Positions 1 through 10,243 of a DNA stretch of 64,000 nucleotides are shown here, piece by piece. The position numbers and the translations under genes were made by a program. Within the stretch, counting starts at the first letter, position 1, and every line of letters begins with the position of its first letter. The notes under the pieces are model-generated. The model was not told where the DNA came from. It made no database searches and saw only the letters and a list, made by a program, of their open reading frames with translations. The DNA is from Ostreococcus lucimarinus (Eukaryota): assembly GCA_000092065.1 (NCBI GenBank), contig CP000591.1; one strand, written 5' to 3'.

Positions 1-146
1 CTAAACCCTAAACCCTAAACCCTAAACCCTAAACCCTAAACCCTAAACCCTAAACCCTAAACCCTAAACCCTAAACCCTAAACCCTAAACCCTAAACCCT
101 AAACCCTAAACCCTAAACCCTAAACCCTAAACCGAAACCCTAAACC
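1..146. repeat. Terminal telomere array, about 19 copies of CCCTAAA (C-strand of TTTAGGG) running out to the sequence end, with degenerate units (CCGAAAC) from about 131
   Basis: A perfect 7-bp periodic CCCTAAA repeat runs from base 1. Having the C-rich strand 5'->3' on the + strand is what a left chromosome end looks like. Confidence 0.93.
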
Positions 147-343
147 CTACGCATGAGGGAGGGAGGCGCTTCGGGAGAAGTGCCGTAACCGACCGACTAG
201 CTAATACTTATTACACCCAACCCTATAAACCCTAAACCCTAAACCCTAAACCGAAACCCTAAACCCTACGCATGAGGGAGGGAGGCGCTTCGGGAGAAGT
301 GCCGTAACCGACCGACTAGCTAATACTTATTACACCCAACCCT
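125..343. repeat. Subtelomeric tandem duplication of about 1.85 copies of a 119-bp unit that embeds interstitial telomere repeats (unit core ...CCCTACGCATGAGGGAGGGAGGCGCTTCGGGAGAAGTGCCGTAACCGACCGACTAGCTAATACTTATTACACCCAACCCT)
   Basis: The same string occurs at 125-243 and again at 244-343 (offset 119 bp). Isolated degenerate telomere units also occur at about 361-372 and 566-582. Confidence 0.85.
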
Positions 344-852
344 AGGTTCTCTGGATCGTACTAAACCCTAAAAAGTCACTAGCATTCGCATCCTTCCTGT
401 GCACCTTCACGACACCCTACGGCCAGCACTCGTCGACCAGCACGGCACCGCAGACTTCCCCCTCGACGCTCCGGACGTCTCCGGACTCTTGCGTCAAAGT
501 TCCTTCTTCAGTGTTCGTGTTGGACGACAAACGACCAGTCGTAGTTTGTCCTCTGTGAAAATAATGGAACCCTAAACCCTTCTATTTCTAGCGAGCAATC
601 GTTCATTTTCGGTCCCCGTGTGGTTCACACATGTGTATCTTCACGCGCGCTCGCTCGAGAATGACGCGGGGGCGACGACGGCGACGTGCGAGTAGCGCGA
701 ACACTCGTTACGTTCGTTTATCGTTTTCTTTGCAAATGTGCAAATCAATTTCTAAGTTTCTACGCTTTCGCTCAAGAAGTCGTTCGGTGCTTTCACCATT
801 GACGCTCGTGCGGTGCGACGATTCAACCATTCTAGGTTTCTATGCTGGATGT

Positions 853-2499
853 CTACGTGCACTTCGCGAGCTGCCGCCGCACGCCTAACATGGTGATCCA
901 GAAAGCGTCGCCGAAAATACTACCACGATTGTGGTATTGAAAAAATGAATGAACTTTCACGAGCTCTCTGCGCAAAGAATCATAATCAGCGCGGTCGAGA
1001 ATGCTTGGCAAAGTCGCTACGTCGTCTTCGAGCACTCTCACGCTGAATTTCGACCAATCGAAGAGCCAACTGAACGGTAGATCATAGCCGTCCGCGACGA
1101 TCACGGGCACGCACCCAAATGTGATGATGTCGTACAACCGCGCGGTGTGCGCGCGATCGCCGTAGACGTACAGGCAATATTTGCTCTTGGACAGCATCGT
1201 CATGTAGTCTCGCGGCTTGTCTTGTCCGCTCGTACTCAAGTCCCACCCCCGTCCCGCCTCCGCTTGCTTTAAAGTTGGAAACACGACTCGTCGCACGCCA
1301 CCCCGATGCATGGATCCTCGGAACGAAACTTCAATGGTTCTTACGTTCGTCGATTTGAGCGCGCCCATGCGCACGACTTCGCGAGGTAGATGACTCGAAA
1401 TTCCGAACCAGATAGCGACGTGGCGAGCCGGATCAAAACCAGCTTGCACTGCGTTCGCTCTTCTCGCTCTCGCCTCGTCGTCTTTGGCGTCTTCTGAATT
1501 TTGTATCGGCAATTCAGAGTTGCCAGTTATCACCACAGCACCGTGTCGGACTTCGTCATCGGAGGAATCGAACGCCGAGAGTCCGATATCTATATTCGTC
1601 ATGACGACGCGCGCGCACTTTTGTTTGGACGTCCACGCCTCGGCGTTGATCGCTTTCACGCGCTCAATGTCGCGAGATAGTCTATCGCGAATCGCTTGAC
1701 GAATCGCACCGTTGTTGTTCGACCCTTTAGCCGGGCCTGCCATGACGTACGCTTCAGCCGTGAGCAGTCGCTGGAGGTACGGTCTGACGGGGATGAAGAT
1801 CGCCGTCGCGTCCTTGAACGACCGCGTCGCGAATGGACCTCGTTCAATCTCTCGAGCTAGGTAAGTCTCGACGCCGTAACCGCGATTAAACGTTGGTATT
1901 TTTTCTGCGAAGGCGTACTTCAAGCGCGTGACGCGCGGCGTTTTCAACGTGTACAACCGCAAAGTACCAGGCAAATCGTTGAGCGCTTCGCAAAGCGCGC
2001 GCGAATCCGAAAATCCAGATGAGTTCACGTTCAAAGGCCAATACGTGGCGCTGAGCGAGCCTACCGCGATTTCATCGCACATACTTTGCACTCGCCTCAA
2101 ACCAAACTCATCGGGAAACTTCGCCGCGTGCGCGCCGACGCCGTTCCACGCGCTCACGCGTTCTTCGATGGCCCAACGCACGGTGCCGCGACCGGCATCA
2201 ACCACCTTGTAAACTTCTGGCTTCCTCATGTTCGCGTATAGGTCATTCTTCACGCACGCGAACGTCACCAACGCCGTCGTCAACGCAAAAGTAATCCGTC
2301 GAAGGAATGTCGTCCTCGCCGGTGGACGTGCTTTTTTACTCGACACGCGGCGTTCGACGACAGCTTCGATATCATCACCGTCTTCGGCGCGTCTTCGGCG
2401 ATTCATGACCTGCGCCGCGCGCCCGCGGCGACGGAGGAGCGGACGCGCGTTCTGGCGTTCTCTCAAGGTTCTTGGTCTCGCTTTCTCGCTACAGTACAT
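853..2499 (-). CDS. Exostosin-family (GT47) glycosyltransferase, type II membrane protein
   Basis: The 548-aa ORF starts with ATG at 2499 (an alternative ATG lies at 2406). An N-terminal signal anchor (ITFALTTALVTFACV) is present. The C-terminal segment YCLYVYGD...RLYDIITFGCVPVIVADGYDLPFSWLFDWSKFSVRVLEDDVATLPSILD matches the GT47 exostosin signature. Confidence 0.8.
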   Translation of the reverse strand: MYCSEKARPRTLRERQNARPLLRRRGRAAQVMNRRRRAEDGDDIEAVVERRVSSKKARPPARTTFLRRITFALTTALVTFACVKNDLYANMRKPEVYKVVDAGRGTVRWAIEERVSAWNGVGAHAAKFPDEFGLRRVQSMCDEIAVGSLSATYWPLNVNSSGFSDSRALCEALNDLPGTLRLYTLKTPRVTRLKYAFAEKIPTFNRGYGVETYLAREIERGPFATRSFKDATAIFIPVRPYLQRLLTAEAYVMAGPAKGSNNNGAIRQAIRDRLSRDIERVKAINAEAWTSKQKCARVVMTNIDIGLSAFDSSDDEVRHGAVVITGNSELPIQNSEDAKDDEARARRANAVQAGFDPARHVAIWFGISSHLPREVVRMGALKSTNVRTIEVSFRGSMHRGGVRRVVFPTLKQAEAGRGWDLSTSGQDKPRDYMTMLSKSKYCLYVYGDRAHTARLYDIITFGCVPVIVADGYDLPFSWLFDWSKFSVRVLEDDVATLPSILDRADYDSLRRELVKVHSFFQYHNRGSIFGDAFWITMLGVRRQLAKCT

Positions 2500-2652
2500 A
2501 CGCGCAAGCGCCGCACAACGCGTCGTGACCTGCGCGTGCGTAGTCAGTCATACGTTCGCCTCGAGCGAAAGAAATCGATAAAGGTTGATTCGTGTGCGAC
2601 AACGCGACCGCGATCGCGCGCGTCGCCTTCCGTCGCGTCCGTTCGCGCGTGC

Positions 2653-4683
2653 ATGGGGAAGAAGCATTCGGGAGCCGCCTTTCAATCGCGGCTGAATCAA
2701 CAGCGACAGCGACAGCCAGCGTCTTCGAATAACGGTGTGAAAGGCTTCGTCGGCGGTACAACAGCGGTGAAAGAACGGCGCGTGCGCTTCGTTCGAGCCA
2801 GAAGACCCGATCGCCCGCTTGTTGACGTCGACTTGCTGCGAAACGTCATCGTTCTGAACGGCGACGTCGCCGCGTTTGAAGACGCCGGAGCGACCATGAT
2901 CGCAGAAACGCATGAGCATCGACGTGGGATGAGCACGAGAGGTAACGACAGAGGTGACGACTTGTACGCGTTGTGCGATGTGCGTATGAAATGGGCCGGC
3001 GCGCGACGAGCGGGCGCGGGGCTGGCCAACCTCGGAAACACGTGCTTTCTGAATTCGGTCCTCCAGTGCTTAACACATACACCGGCGTTGGCGAACTTCG
3101 CGCTGCGCGGAGAGCACAAGAAATATAAAACGGGCGGTTCATTCAACGCTTTGTATGAAATCGGTGAGCACGTGGCTCGGGCGTTGAACTCGAGTGGGAG
3201 AACGATTGCGCCGACGGCGTTGGTGAAGAATTTAAGAGCGCTTTCAAAGACCTTTCGTAAAGGTCGACAGGAAGATGCTCACGAGTTGGCGCGTTGTTTG
3301 TTAGATGCGATGCATAAGAAGTGTGTCGAAGTAGTTAAGCCAAAGATATCGCCGAATTCGGCGCGTGCGGAGACGAGCTTTGTTTGGAAGGTTTTTGGAG
3401 GTCGGCTGCGCTCACAGGTGAATTGTAAGACGTGCGGTCGCAACTCGGAGACGTTCGATCCATTTCTTGACTTATCCTTGGAAGTTGGCCGGGCGAAAAG
3501 TGTATTAGGTGCTTTCAAGATGTTCACGCACACTGAAGTGCTCGACGGTGACAACAAGTATAGGTGCGAAGGCAAAAGCGCGAATTCAAAGAGTCACTTG
3601 ACGAAGGCTTCGAAGCAGTTCACGGTGAATCAGGCACCAAACGTGCTCGCGTTACAGTTGAAGAGGTTTGCATACGTGCCTTTCGGGAGAGGAAAGCTGA
3701 ATCATTTCGTTGAGTACCCTCTGGAGCTCGATATCACGCCATACACTTCAGACGAAGGTCTTACGTCGAGAGGAAAGGCAGTTTACGATTTGTACGGCGT
3801 GCTCGTGCACGCGGGTAACAGCTCAAATAGCGGTCATTATTACTGTTTTGTCAAGGTGGCAACGGGAACTTGGTGCTTGATGGATGACGATGAAATTACC
3901 TCAGTGAGTGAAAAAGTGGTGCTCAAGCAGCAAGCGTATTTACTCTTTTATGCTCGCCGCGACGCGCCTGGAACGTTTGAGGAAGAATCAACGACGGCGA
4001 TTCATCAAAATATTCCAGACTTAACGAAGAAAGCTGCGGCGGCGCAAAAGGAACAAAAGGCGAAGCAGAAGATGAAAAAGAAGTCCATCGAAGCCGAAGT
4101 TGTGCCGAAGCGAAAGGTTGAGCCGAAGCGAAAGGTTGAGCCTCCGCCACTGCCTCGTCAATCGGAAGTGCGAAAACTACACGAAAAGGGTAGAGAAAAG
4201 AAGAGGCTGCGCGCATCTGCGTCACCGATCGGAAAATCTATTCGAGCGGGGCGCAGTAAGTCGCCTTCGGTGCGCAGTGCGTTCGATTCAGCCAAGCGCG
4301 CGTTATTGCATCGTCGATTGAAACGATTGAGCGTCGGCGTTACCCTCGAAGATATTCCGAGCGTATCGCTCGATTCTCCCGTGAGAACTCGGAACGCGAA
4401 GAAGTATGTGAGTGGCGGTTTCAAAGTGAAGGAGTGGATCGAAAATATGCCTTCTACGAAATGGGAAGATTGCGACGACGACGATGACGAGCGCGAGAGT
4501 GATCAAGGTGGCTTCAAGAAGGCGGCGACGGCGAAACGCTTGCGTCGCGAATACGATCAGTTCGACGAGGAATACGACCGCGGTAAGCTACCCAAACACA
4601 AACGTAGAAAAGCTAAAGGCGTAAAAGCGCCGCCTATGCCTCGAAAATCGAATCCATTTCAGCGTCGCTCAAAGTCTAGGTAG
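2653..4683 (+). CDS. Ubiquitin carboxyl-terminal hydrolase (USP/UBP, USP36/42-like) with a Lys/Arg-rich C-terminal tail
   Basis: The Cys box GLANLGNTCFLNSVLQCL, the QQD box GRQEDAHELARCLLD and the His box YDLYGVLVHAGNSSNSGHYYCFVK...WCLMDDDEI are all present. The first ATG is at 2653; the ORF track extends to 2536 using a GTG. Confidence 0.88.
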   Translation: MGKKHSGAAFQSRLNQQRQRQPASSNNGVKGFVGGTTAVKERRVRFVRARRPDRPLVDVDLLRNVIVLNGDVAAFEDAGATMIAETHEHRRGMSTRGNDRGDDLYALCDVRMKWAGARRAGAGLANLGNTCFLNSVLQCLTHTPALANFALRGEHKKYKTGGSFNALYEIGEHVARALNSSGRTIAPTALVKNLRALSKTFRKGRQEDAHELARCLLDAMHKKCVEVVKPKISPNSARAETSFVWKVFGGRLRSQVNCKTCGRNSETFDPFLDLSLEVGRAKSVLGAFKMFTHTEVLDGDNKYRCEGKSANSKSHLTKASKQFTVNQAPNVLALQLKRFAYVPFGRGKLNHFVEYPLELDITPYTSDEGLTSRGKAVYDLYGVLVHAGNSSNSGHYYCFVKVATGTWCLMDDDEITSVSEKVVLKQQAYLLFYARRDAPGTFEEESTTAIHQNIPDLTKKAAAAQKEQKAKQKMKKKSIEAEVVPKRKVEPKRKVEPPPLPRQSEVRKLHEKGREKKRLRASASPIGKSIRAGRSKSPSVRSAFDSAKRALLHRRLKRLSVGVTLEDIPSVSLDSPVRTRNAKKYVSGGFKVKEWIENMPSTKWEDCDDDDDERESDQGGFKKAATAKRLRREYDQFDEEYDRGKLPKHKRRKAKGVKAPPMPRKSNPFQRRSKSR

Positions 4684-4728
4684 TTGTGTAGTCGGTGCTG
4701 TTTTGCTGTTTTCGCGCTTTGCTACAAC

Positions 4729-6723
4729 TCAACTCGCCGTGTCATCTACTTCGGCCTCGTTTCGGGCCTCATTCGCGCCAGATTCGGCGCTCGAAGTGTC
4801 GAAATCTTTTCTAGGCAAGCGCTCGAGCGGCTCGGTCGCGTCGTCGCGCGCGAACGCGCGCACGCGCGCGTCAAATAGGCGATTCGCGAACGCCCACAAT
4901 TCGTAATCGAGAAAATTCAACTCGTCGACGCGAGCGATGACGCGCTGAGAAATTCTCTTCCGTCCGCTTGAACTGAAAGTCTCGTACGTACCGTCGATGC
5001 GATCAGTGATGTGTTTGAGAGCGTTTTTACGCAGTCGCTTGTACTTGGCGAACTGATTCGCCTCGCACACGCGATACTGCTCGCCGACGTTTCGTCGCAC
5101 GTTCTTCGATCGTTTCACCGTCGTCCCGGAATCGGGTTTGCAGTCGATAAACACCCCGAAAGCACTGACCTCGAACGATCCGTAGGTCTCATCCGTATTA
5201 ACGTTTGGTGCGATGAGCGTCTCGAAGGCTTTATGACGTTCCAGGACTGCGAACAACGCTCGAGCGGATTCTGGTACGTCGTCGTAAGACGCCTCTGCAG
5301 AATCCTCCCCACCTTGACTATCTACGCGTCGCGTGAACGCGACGGTCATGATGTGAAACCCTTCAAAATTCTTTGTCCAGTCGTCATCGCTATCCATGGG
5401 CCAAATCTGCACGTTTGACTTGTCCACGCCACATCTCATGGACACTCCTTCTTCGAGCACCGACGCGTAGCGCTCCCGAAACGACGCTTCTTTCAGCGCT
5501 TCACTTTTGAGCTTGCTAAATCTAAATGAAAACCCCACCACATCCACGCAATCGCTCGCGTCATCGCTTTTGAACGAGGTCCCAACCTTGGAAATTCGAC
5601 TTTTAACGTTTTGAGCGTCGATTTGAGTCGGATCGGCAAAGTTTGCGTTTGCGCTGAGCGGCAAATCGAGCTGTCGCGCGGCTAATTCTATGGACTCGTC
5701 AAGTCGCTCGTGCAGAGCCAGTACGTCCACCTCGTGCTCTAGACGTTCTTTCGCGTAATCCATCATCATTTTGGATGCTTTTGTACCTCGCCAAAGCGCG
5801 CACTCCCGCAATTCAGCCGCTCGAGGTTCCACCGCGTCGTCGGTGTTATTCGTCAACCCGAGCAATTGGAAGAACTGTCCATTGTGAATGTCGTCGTGAA
5901 CCATCTTCATTTCCGCCCAATCTTCGAACGGCGTATACAATGCATTATCGTATACGTTTGAAATCGAGAGTTCGTTTCGCCCATCCGCATTCACGGCGTC
6001 GTCGTAAGATCGCAGCTCGTCGTCCATGAAGCGCGTCAACACGCTCCAAGGCCAAACATCTCGCGTCTGCACACGCGTCGTGTTCACTGGCTCTTTCCCG
6101 AAACTTCTCGCCGCGACTTCGATCGAAAATTCGTACGACGATAGCGCGCGTGCTGACGGCTTCCGTAGCATGGTCACGACGCGCGGTTGTTCCGTAAACC
6201 GTTCAATCAAGCTGTAGTCATCGTGCGTCGCTAAAAACTCGCACGTTGGCTCGCGGGGATCGATTCTGAGTCCTGTGTACTGATTTCCGCAGAGTTCGTG
6301 ATCCTTAAAAGACGGTTTCAAGAAGCACCAATGAAAGCTCCGTCCCGCCGTCCTCGGAATGTGAAGAAAGTATAAAAATCGTCGTTGCGCGTCGTCGTCG
6401 CGAGCTCGCACTCTGCGCTCGTGCGCACCCCTCTGCTCATCGATCCATGACGTAGCGAGCTTGTCGCACTCATGCATTTTGCGTCCGCGCATCTTACGAG
6501 GTGTGAACGAAGGCTTCGCCCCGACCTCGAGACTGGCGTCGTCGAGACGCCGCCAGCGCCGCCTCGAGAATATCACCAGCAAGATGCACGCGACGATCGT
6601 GCGCGCGAGCGTGAGCCATCTCGATCCTCGATCGCCGCGAGACAGTGTCGTCTTCGCCCTTCGATCGCTCCGTCGAAAACGATGCGCGTCGCCCGCGGGG
6701 TGTCGACGTTGAAGAGGAAACAT
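4729..6723 (-). CDS. Putative Golgi sulfotransferase (type II membrane protein with an HS6ST-like FLHIP[KR]TGG 5'-PSB motif)
   Basis: The 664-aa ORF starts with ATG at 6723. It has a signal-anchor helix LTLARTIVACILLVIFS, the motif FLYFLHIPRTAGRSFHW (sulfotransferase PAPS 5'-phosphosulfate-binding loop) and the segment NGQFFQLLGLTNN. The family call comes from the motifs only. Confidence 0.45.
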   Translation of the reverse strand: MFPLQRRHPAGDAHRFRRSDRRAKTTLSRGDRGSRWLTLARTIVACILLVIFSRRRWRRLDDASLEVGAKPSFTPRKMRGRKMHECDKLATSWIDEQRGAHERRVRARDDDAQRRFLYFLHIPRTAGRSFHWCFLKPSFKDHELCGNQYTGLRIDPREPTCEFLATHDDYSLIERFTEQPRVVTMLRKPSARALSSYEFSIEVAARSFGKEPVNTTRVQTRDVWPWSVLTRFMDDELRSYDDAVNADGRNELSISNVYDNALYTPFEDWAEMKMVHDDIHNGQFFQLLGLTNNTDDAVEPRAAELRECALWRGTKASKMMMDYAKERLEHEVDVLALHERLDESIELAARQLDLPLSANANFADPTQIDAQNVKSRISKVGTSFKSDDASDCVDVVGFSFRFSKLKSEALKEASFRERYASVLEEGVSMRCGVDKSNVQIWPMDSDDDWTKNFEGFHIMTVAFTRRVDSQGGEDSAEASYDDVPESARALFAVLERHKAFETLIAPNVNTDETYGSFEVSAFGVFIDCKPDSGTTVKRSKNVRRNVGEQYRVCEANQFAKYKRLRKNALKHITDRIDGTYETFSSSGRKRISQRVIARVDELNFLDYELWAFANRLFDARVRAFARDDATEPLERLPRKDFDTSSAESGANEARNEAEVDDTAS

Positions 6724-6983
6724 TCGCGAGGTGGAACCGAACCGAAGTCAACCGGTCGCTTCGACGCGATCGATCGATCGAACGACGGCCGTCGCGCGAT
6801 CGCAGTTTGTTCGGCGCGTCGTTATCGTCGCGTTCGCCGTCGATCGAGCGTCGCGTTCACGACCGCTATCGAGTATTTCGCTCTCGTCGTCATCGGCATC
6901 GCGCCATCTCGCGCGCGCATCTGACGCCGCGGTCACACCGCCGCTCACCGCCGCGCGCGGCGACGTCATCGCCGTGCGAGAGT

Positions 6984-7274
6984 ATGGACGGCGAAAGCGG
7001 CGTGTCGACGCGCCAGGAAGACGTCCGCGGCGCGGCGTCGACTCGAAACGGAGGGGATCGCGCGAGCATGGCTGGTGCGCACTCGGCCGACGTGGTCGCG
7101 CGCGCGTTGGCGCTCGCGGCTGAAGCGCGCGGTGATGGCGAGCGAAAACGAACGAACGCGTTGTTGGAAGGCGCGCTGAAGCAGTACGTGAGCGAACTGG
7201 ACGAGTTTAGAGCGGTGTGCGAACGACTGAAGGAACGCGAGACGGCTGGCGGCGGCGCGGCGACGACGAATTGA
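6984..7274 (+). CDS. Possible small hypothetical protein (about 70-96 aa; ATG at 6984 or 7068) with a C-terminal helical segment ALLEGALKQYVSELDEFRAVCERLKERE
   Basis: The open frame lies in a 720-bp gap between two minus-strand genes. TGTAATAACAATAAAG follows about 50 bp after the stop. The upstream part of the ORF (6645-6980) is an Arg-rich low-complexity stretch, probably not coding. Confidence 0.2.
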   Translation: MDGESGVSTRQEDVRGAASTRNGGDRASMAGAHSADVVARALALAAEARGDGERKRTNALLEGALKQYVSELDEFRAVCERLKERETAGGGAATTN

Positions 7275-7441
7275 ATTCGAAGACACGTCGCGCGTCGCGA
7301 GCGTGGCTCTACAGCGGCGATACCGTGTAATAACAATAAAGTTAGACGACGCCCGCGTGCTCCGTTCGCGCCGTCGCCGTCCCTGGCGATGGCGAACTCG
7401 GCACGGATCGACGAACTGCTATCTGTCGGCCGAAATATGGC

Positions 7442-10170
7442 TTACAAATTGGCGACATCGCGCATGATGTCATCTAAAGATTTTTTTAGCGAGCGACGCG
7501 CGTCGAGACATTCAGCGACGCGAGACGCTTCTGCGCGCGCGGCGGCTTCCCACGGAGCGCAAATCGCAGCGATGCTTTGAGTCACTTGACCCACTTCCTT
7601 TGTGCACTCGGTCTCCATCGACCCCTCCAGCTCGTTCAGGAACGTTTCAGCGGTGCGGCGAATTTTCGCCTTGGTCTCGCCTCGCTTGAGCGGAAGTGAC
7701 AAGACGGATATGTATGCGCCAGCGAGCGCGAGCGCGTACACCAACACGTCTTCCGAGAAAGAGTTCATGTACCCGGTGGCGAAGAACGCGACAACGAAAG
7801 CCGCTCCAGCAGAGCCAATCGTTGAATTCACCGCACCTCGAATCGATTCGTCGAGCATTCTCGCCGCAGAATCGTGATCGAAACTCGTCACCACGTCCAT
7901 GCTTGCCTTGCTAGATGCGGCGATATTTTCGCCGGCGTCGTCAGCGTCCCATTGCGCGGAGAGACGGGCGAGGGAAGTGTCGAACCCGCGCGCCTCGACG
8001 GCATCAGCGTACGCTTTGAGTTGCGTCTCATTGTTTCGTTTCAACCACGCCGAAAACTCTCGAACTGAGGCGCTGAGCTTTTCCTCGGAATCGCCCAACA
8101 CGGTGGACTTGTATCGCGACTCGACCGAGCTCGGGCCCGAACCTAAGATGTACGTGCTGAACAGAGATGCGGCGTTGGACAATCGAAGAGACTCGTCTAC
8201 GATCTTCTCTGCGCGCTTTGCCGCCGCTTGCACGACCTCGCGCGCGGCCGCTCGCTGCGCCGCCGCGTCGGTAATCATTTCTTGTCGGTAGCTCTCCATT
8301 TGTGACGTGACCCCCGTCGCCATCGCGACTTCAGACTTTGCTTCCTCGTCTTCTCCTTCTAGAATTTGTTCAGCGGCATTGAGCAAGAGCTCGCTCACGT
8401 TGAGTGGCGTCGAGAGTTTAAGCCGCAGTGCTTCCCCAGCACGCTCGCCCGATCCCCCCAAGAATGACATAACGTAATCTTCAAACTTTCCGAAGCCGCT
8501 TTCGACGAACGCGCGCGAGTTGGCGTAGTTTGACGAATCCGCCTTCTTCGCCTTGAGAGCGTTTCTCGAGCTCACGGGAAGCACCGCGGGATCGCTCACA
8601 CTGAGCAACCGCGTCGCGTTCTCTTTGACAAACGCCACCACTTCGTCCACGTCTCCAAGATCGGAGAGTAAATCCGTCTTGTTCACCACGAAGACGACCT
8701 TTTTCCCCCACTTGCGAATATACGTCAAAAACTTGACCTCGCTCTCTGTCATGGGTCGATCGGCGGACAAGACGAAGAGCACTAAATCGGCGCGCGGCAC
8801 AAATTCTTCCGTCAAGCGCTGCTGGCGTTGCAGAATCACATTCGTGCCGGGCGTGTCCACGATTCTCATCTGCTGTAAGAGCTCGGCGGGAATGCCGACG
8901 TTGAAGAAGCCGTCTTCGGTTTGCTCTCGCGACTTTTTCGAAGAGTATCGCAACACCGCGATTTCGTTTGTCGTCGGAAGAATGCCTTCCGCGACGAATT
9001 TGTCGCCGAGCATAGCGTTGATGACAGAAGACTTACCCGCGTTGAATTCGCCGCAAATGACGACGAGAAACAAGTCTTCCAAACCTTTGCGCGCTTCGGC
9101 GAGCAACTTGATCTCGTCCAAATCCGTGCAGTTTTCGCGCAAAAATTTCAAGATTTCCTCCACCAATTGTCGTTCGCGTTCGATCATTTCTTCGCCGTCC
9201 GCACTAACGAGACTGAACTTTTTCGGCGTGACTTGCGGCGCTGACCCGTTCGCGCCCTTCGAATCGCCCAACGCCTCGTAACTTTGTTCCAACGCGTTCG
9301 CCACCGCGCGCACGGCGGACTGTAGTAAAGCCTCATCACCGCTCGCTGGATCTTTAGTGAGATTGCGTATCGTGACCCCATTCGCACCTTTTGCCGCGAG
9401 ATCTTGCAGTGTGGACGAATTCTCGCTCGCCAGGGCGCCGAGACCGTCCGCGGCGTCCACGAAAATCGGCACGCTCACCGACTGGCGAATCGCCTCCAAC
9501 ATCGCGACGTCGCGCACGAGGAGCAAGTCGGCGCCTTCTTTGCTCGCCTTCTCCGCTTCTTCGGCGCTTTCGCTCTCGTGCGCCACGACAGCTGTTTCAG
9601 GGAGCGCTTTTCTGGCCACGACCGTCGGCACGCCGTCATCCGTGAGCACGACGCCGTCCAACTCGGCGCTCGCGGCGATATCCGTTCTGTCCACAATCAA
9701 CACGCACGCTCGTCCACGCACGAGCGTCTTGAGCGTCGTCGCGGCTTCGTACAATTTCTTCCCGGAATTTCCTCCGCCCGTACCGTCGACGCCGTACTCT
9801 CGCAGCGCCACGCACGTCGCTCCCGCGTGTAAAACCGCGTCGACGACCTCCGCGCCTCGCGTCGACGTCGCCTCGTCCACGTCCACGTACGCCAAGAATC
9901 CCGGAATCCGCACCTCGGCCCGTTTCGTCTGCGCGAACAGATCGCGCTGTTGCTTATCACCCGTCGCCGTCGCGTTCCCGCTCAGGCGGTCCAAGAACGC
10001 CCTCGGCGCCGTCGACGATCGCGCGCGCGTCGATGGATGATAAAGATGCGCGCGTCGTGGACGACGTCGCGTCTGCGTCGCGTGCGCGCGCGCGCGCGCG
10101 TCGATCGAAGGCACCGCGCGCGTCATCACGGATCGCATCGTTCTTCGTCCTCGTCCACTCGACGACCGCG

Positions 10171-10206
<36 letters not shown>

Positions 10207-10243
10207 GGGACGACCGAAGCGCCATCGCCGTCGCCCCGGCCAT
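7442..10243 (-). CDS. FZL: FZO-like (FZL) dynamin-family transmembrane GTPase, probably plastidial, with an N-terminal ThiE/TenI-like domain
   Basis: The 933-aa ORF starts with ATG at 10243. The N-terminus is S/T/A/R-rich and includes an 11-Thr run. Residues about 80-290 resemble TMP-synthase/TenI (VLHAGATCVALRE, ACVLIVDRTDIAASAELDGVVL, GADLLLV, VPIFVDAADG). The GTPase has G1 GEFNAGKSSVINAMLG, G3 DTPGTN and G4 NKTD. C-terminal hydrophobic helices are followed by a coiled coil. Confidence 0.8.
10172..10207. repeat. (GTC)12 trinucleotide microsatellite inside the FZL CDS, encoding the poly-Thr run
   Basis: Perfect gtc repeats are visible at this position. Confidence 0.9.

Noticed and set aside
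631-888. 85-aa ORF immediately proximal to the subtelomeric repeats
   Set aside because: It is Arg-rich and low-complexity, and overlaps the 3' end of the GT47 gene on the other strand. It is more likely 3' UTR or intergenic sequence.
2536-2652. Upstream extensions of several ORF-track entries (2536 for USP, 31464 for the giant gene, 59980 for the small ORF, 63708-63977 for the phosphorylase, 21702-21965 for the F-box gene, 25361-25528 for exportin, 31097-31924 for RNase Z)
   Set aside because: The track accepts GTG/TTG/CTG starts. I moved starts to the first verified ATG where the upstream part was low-complexity. The true N-termini remain uncertain.
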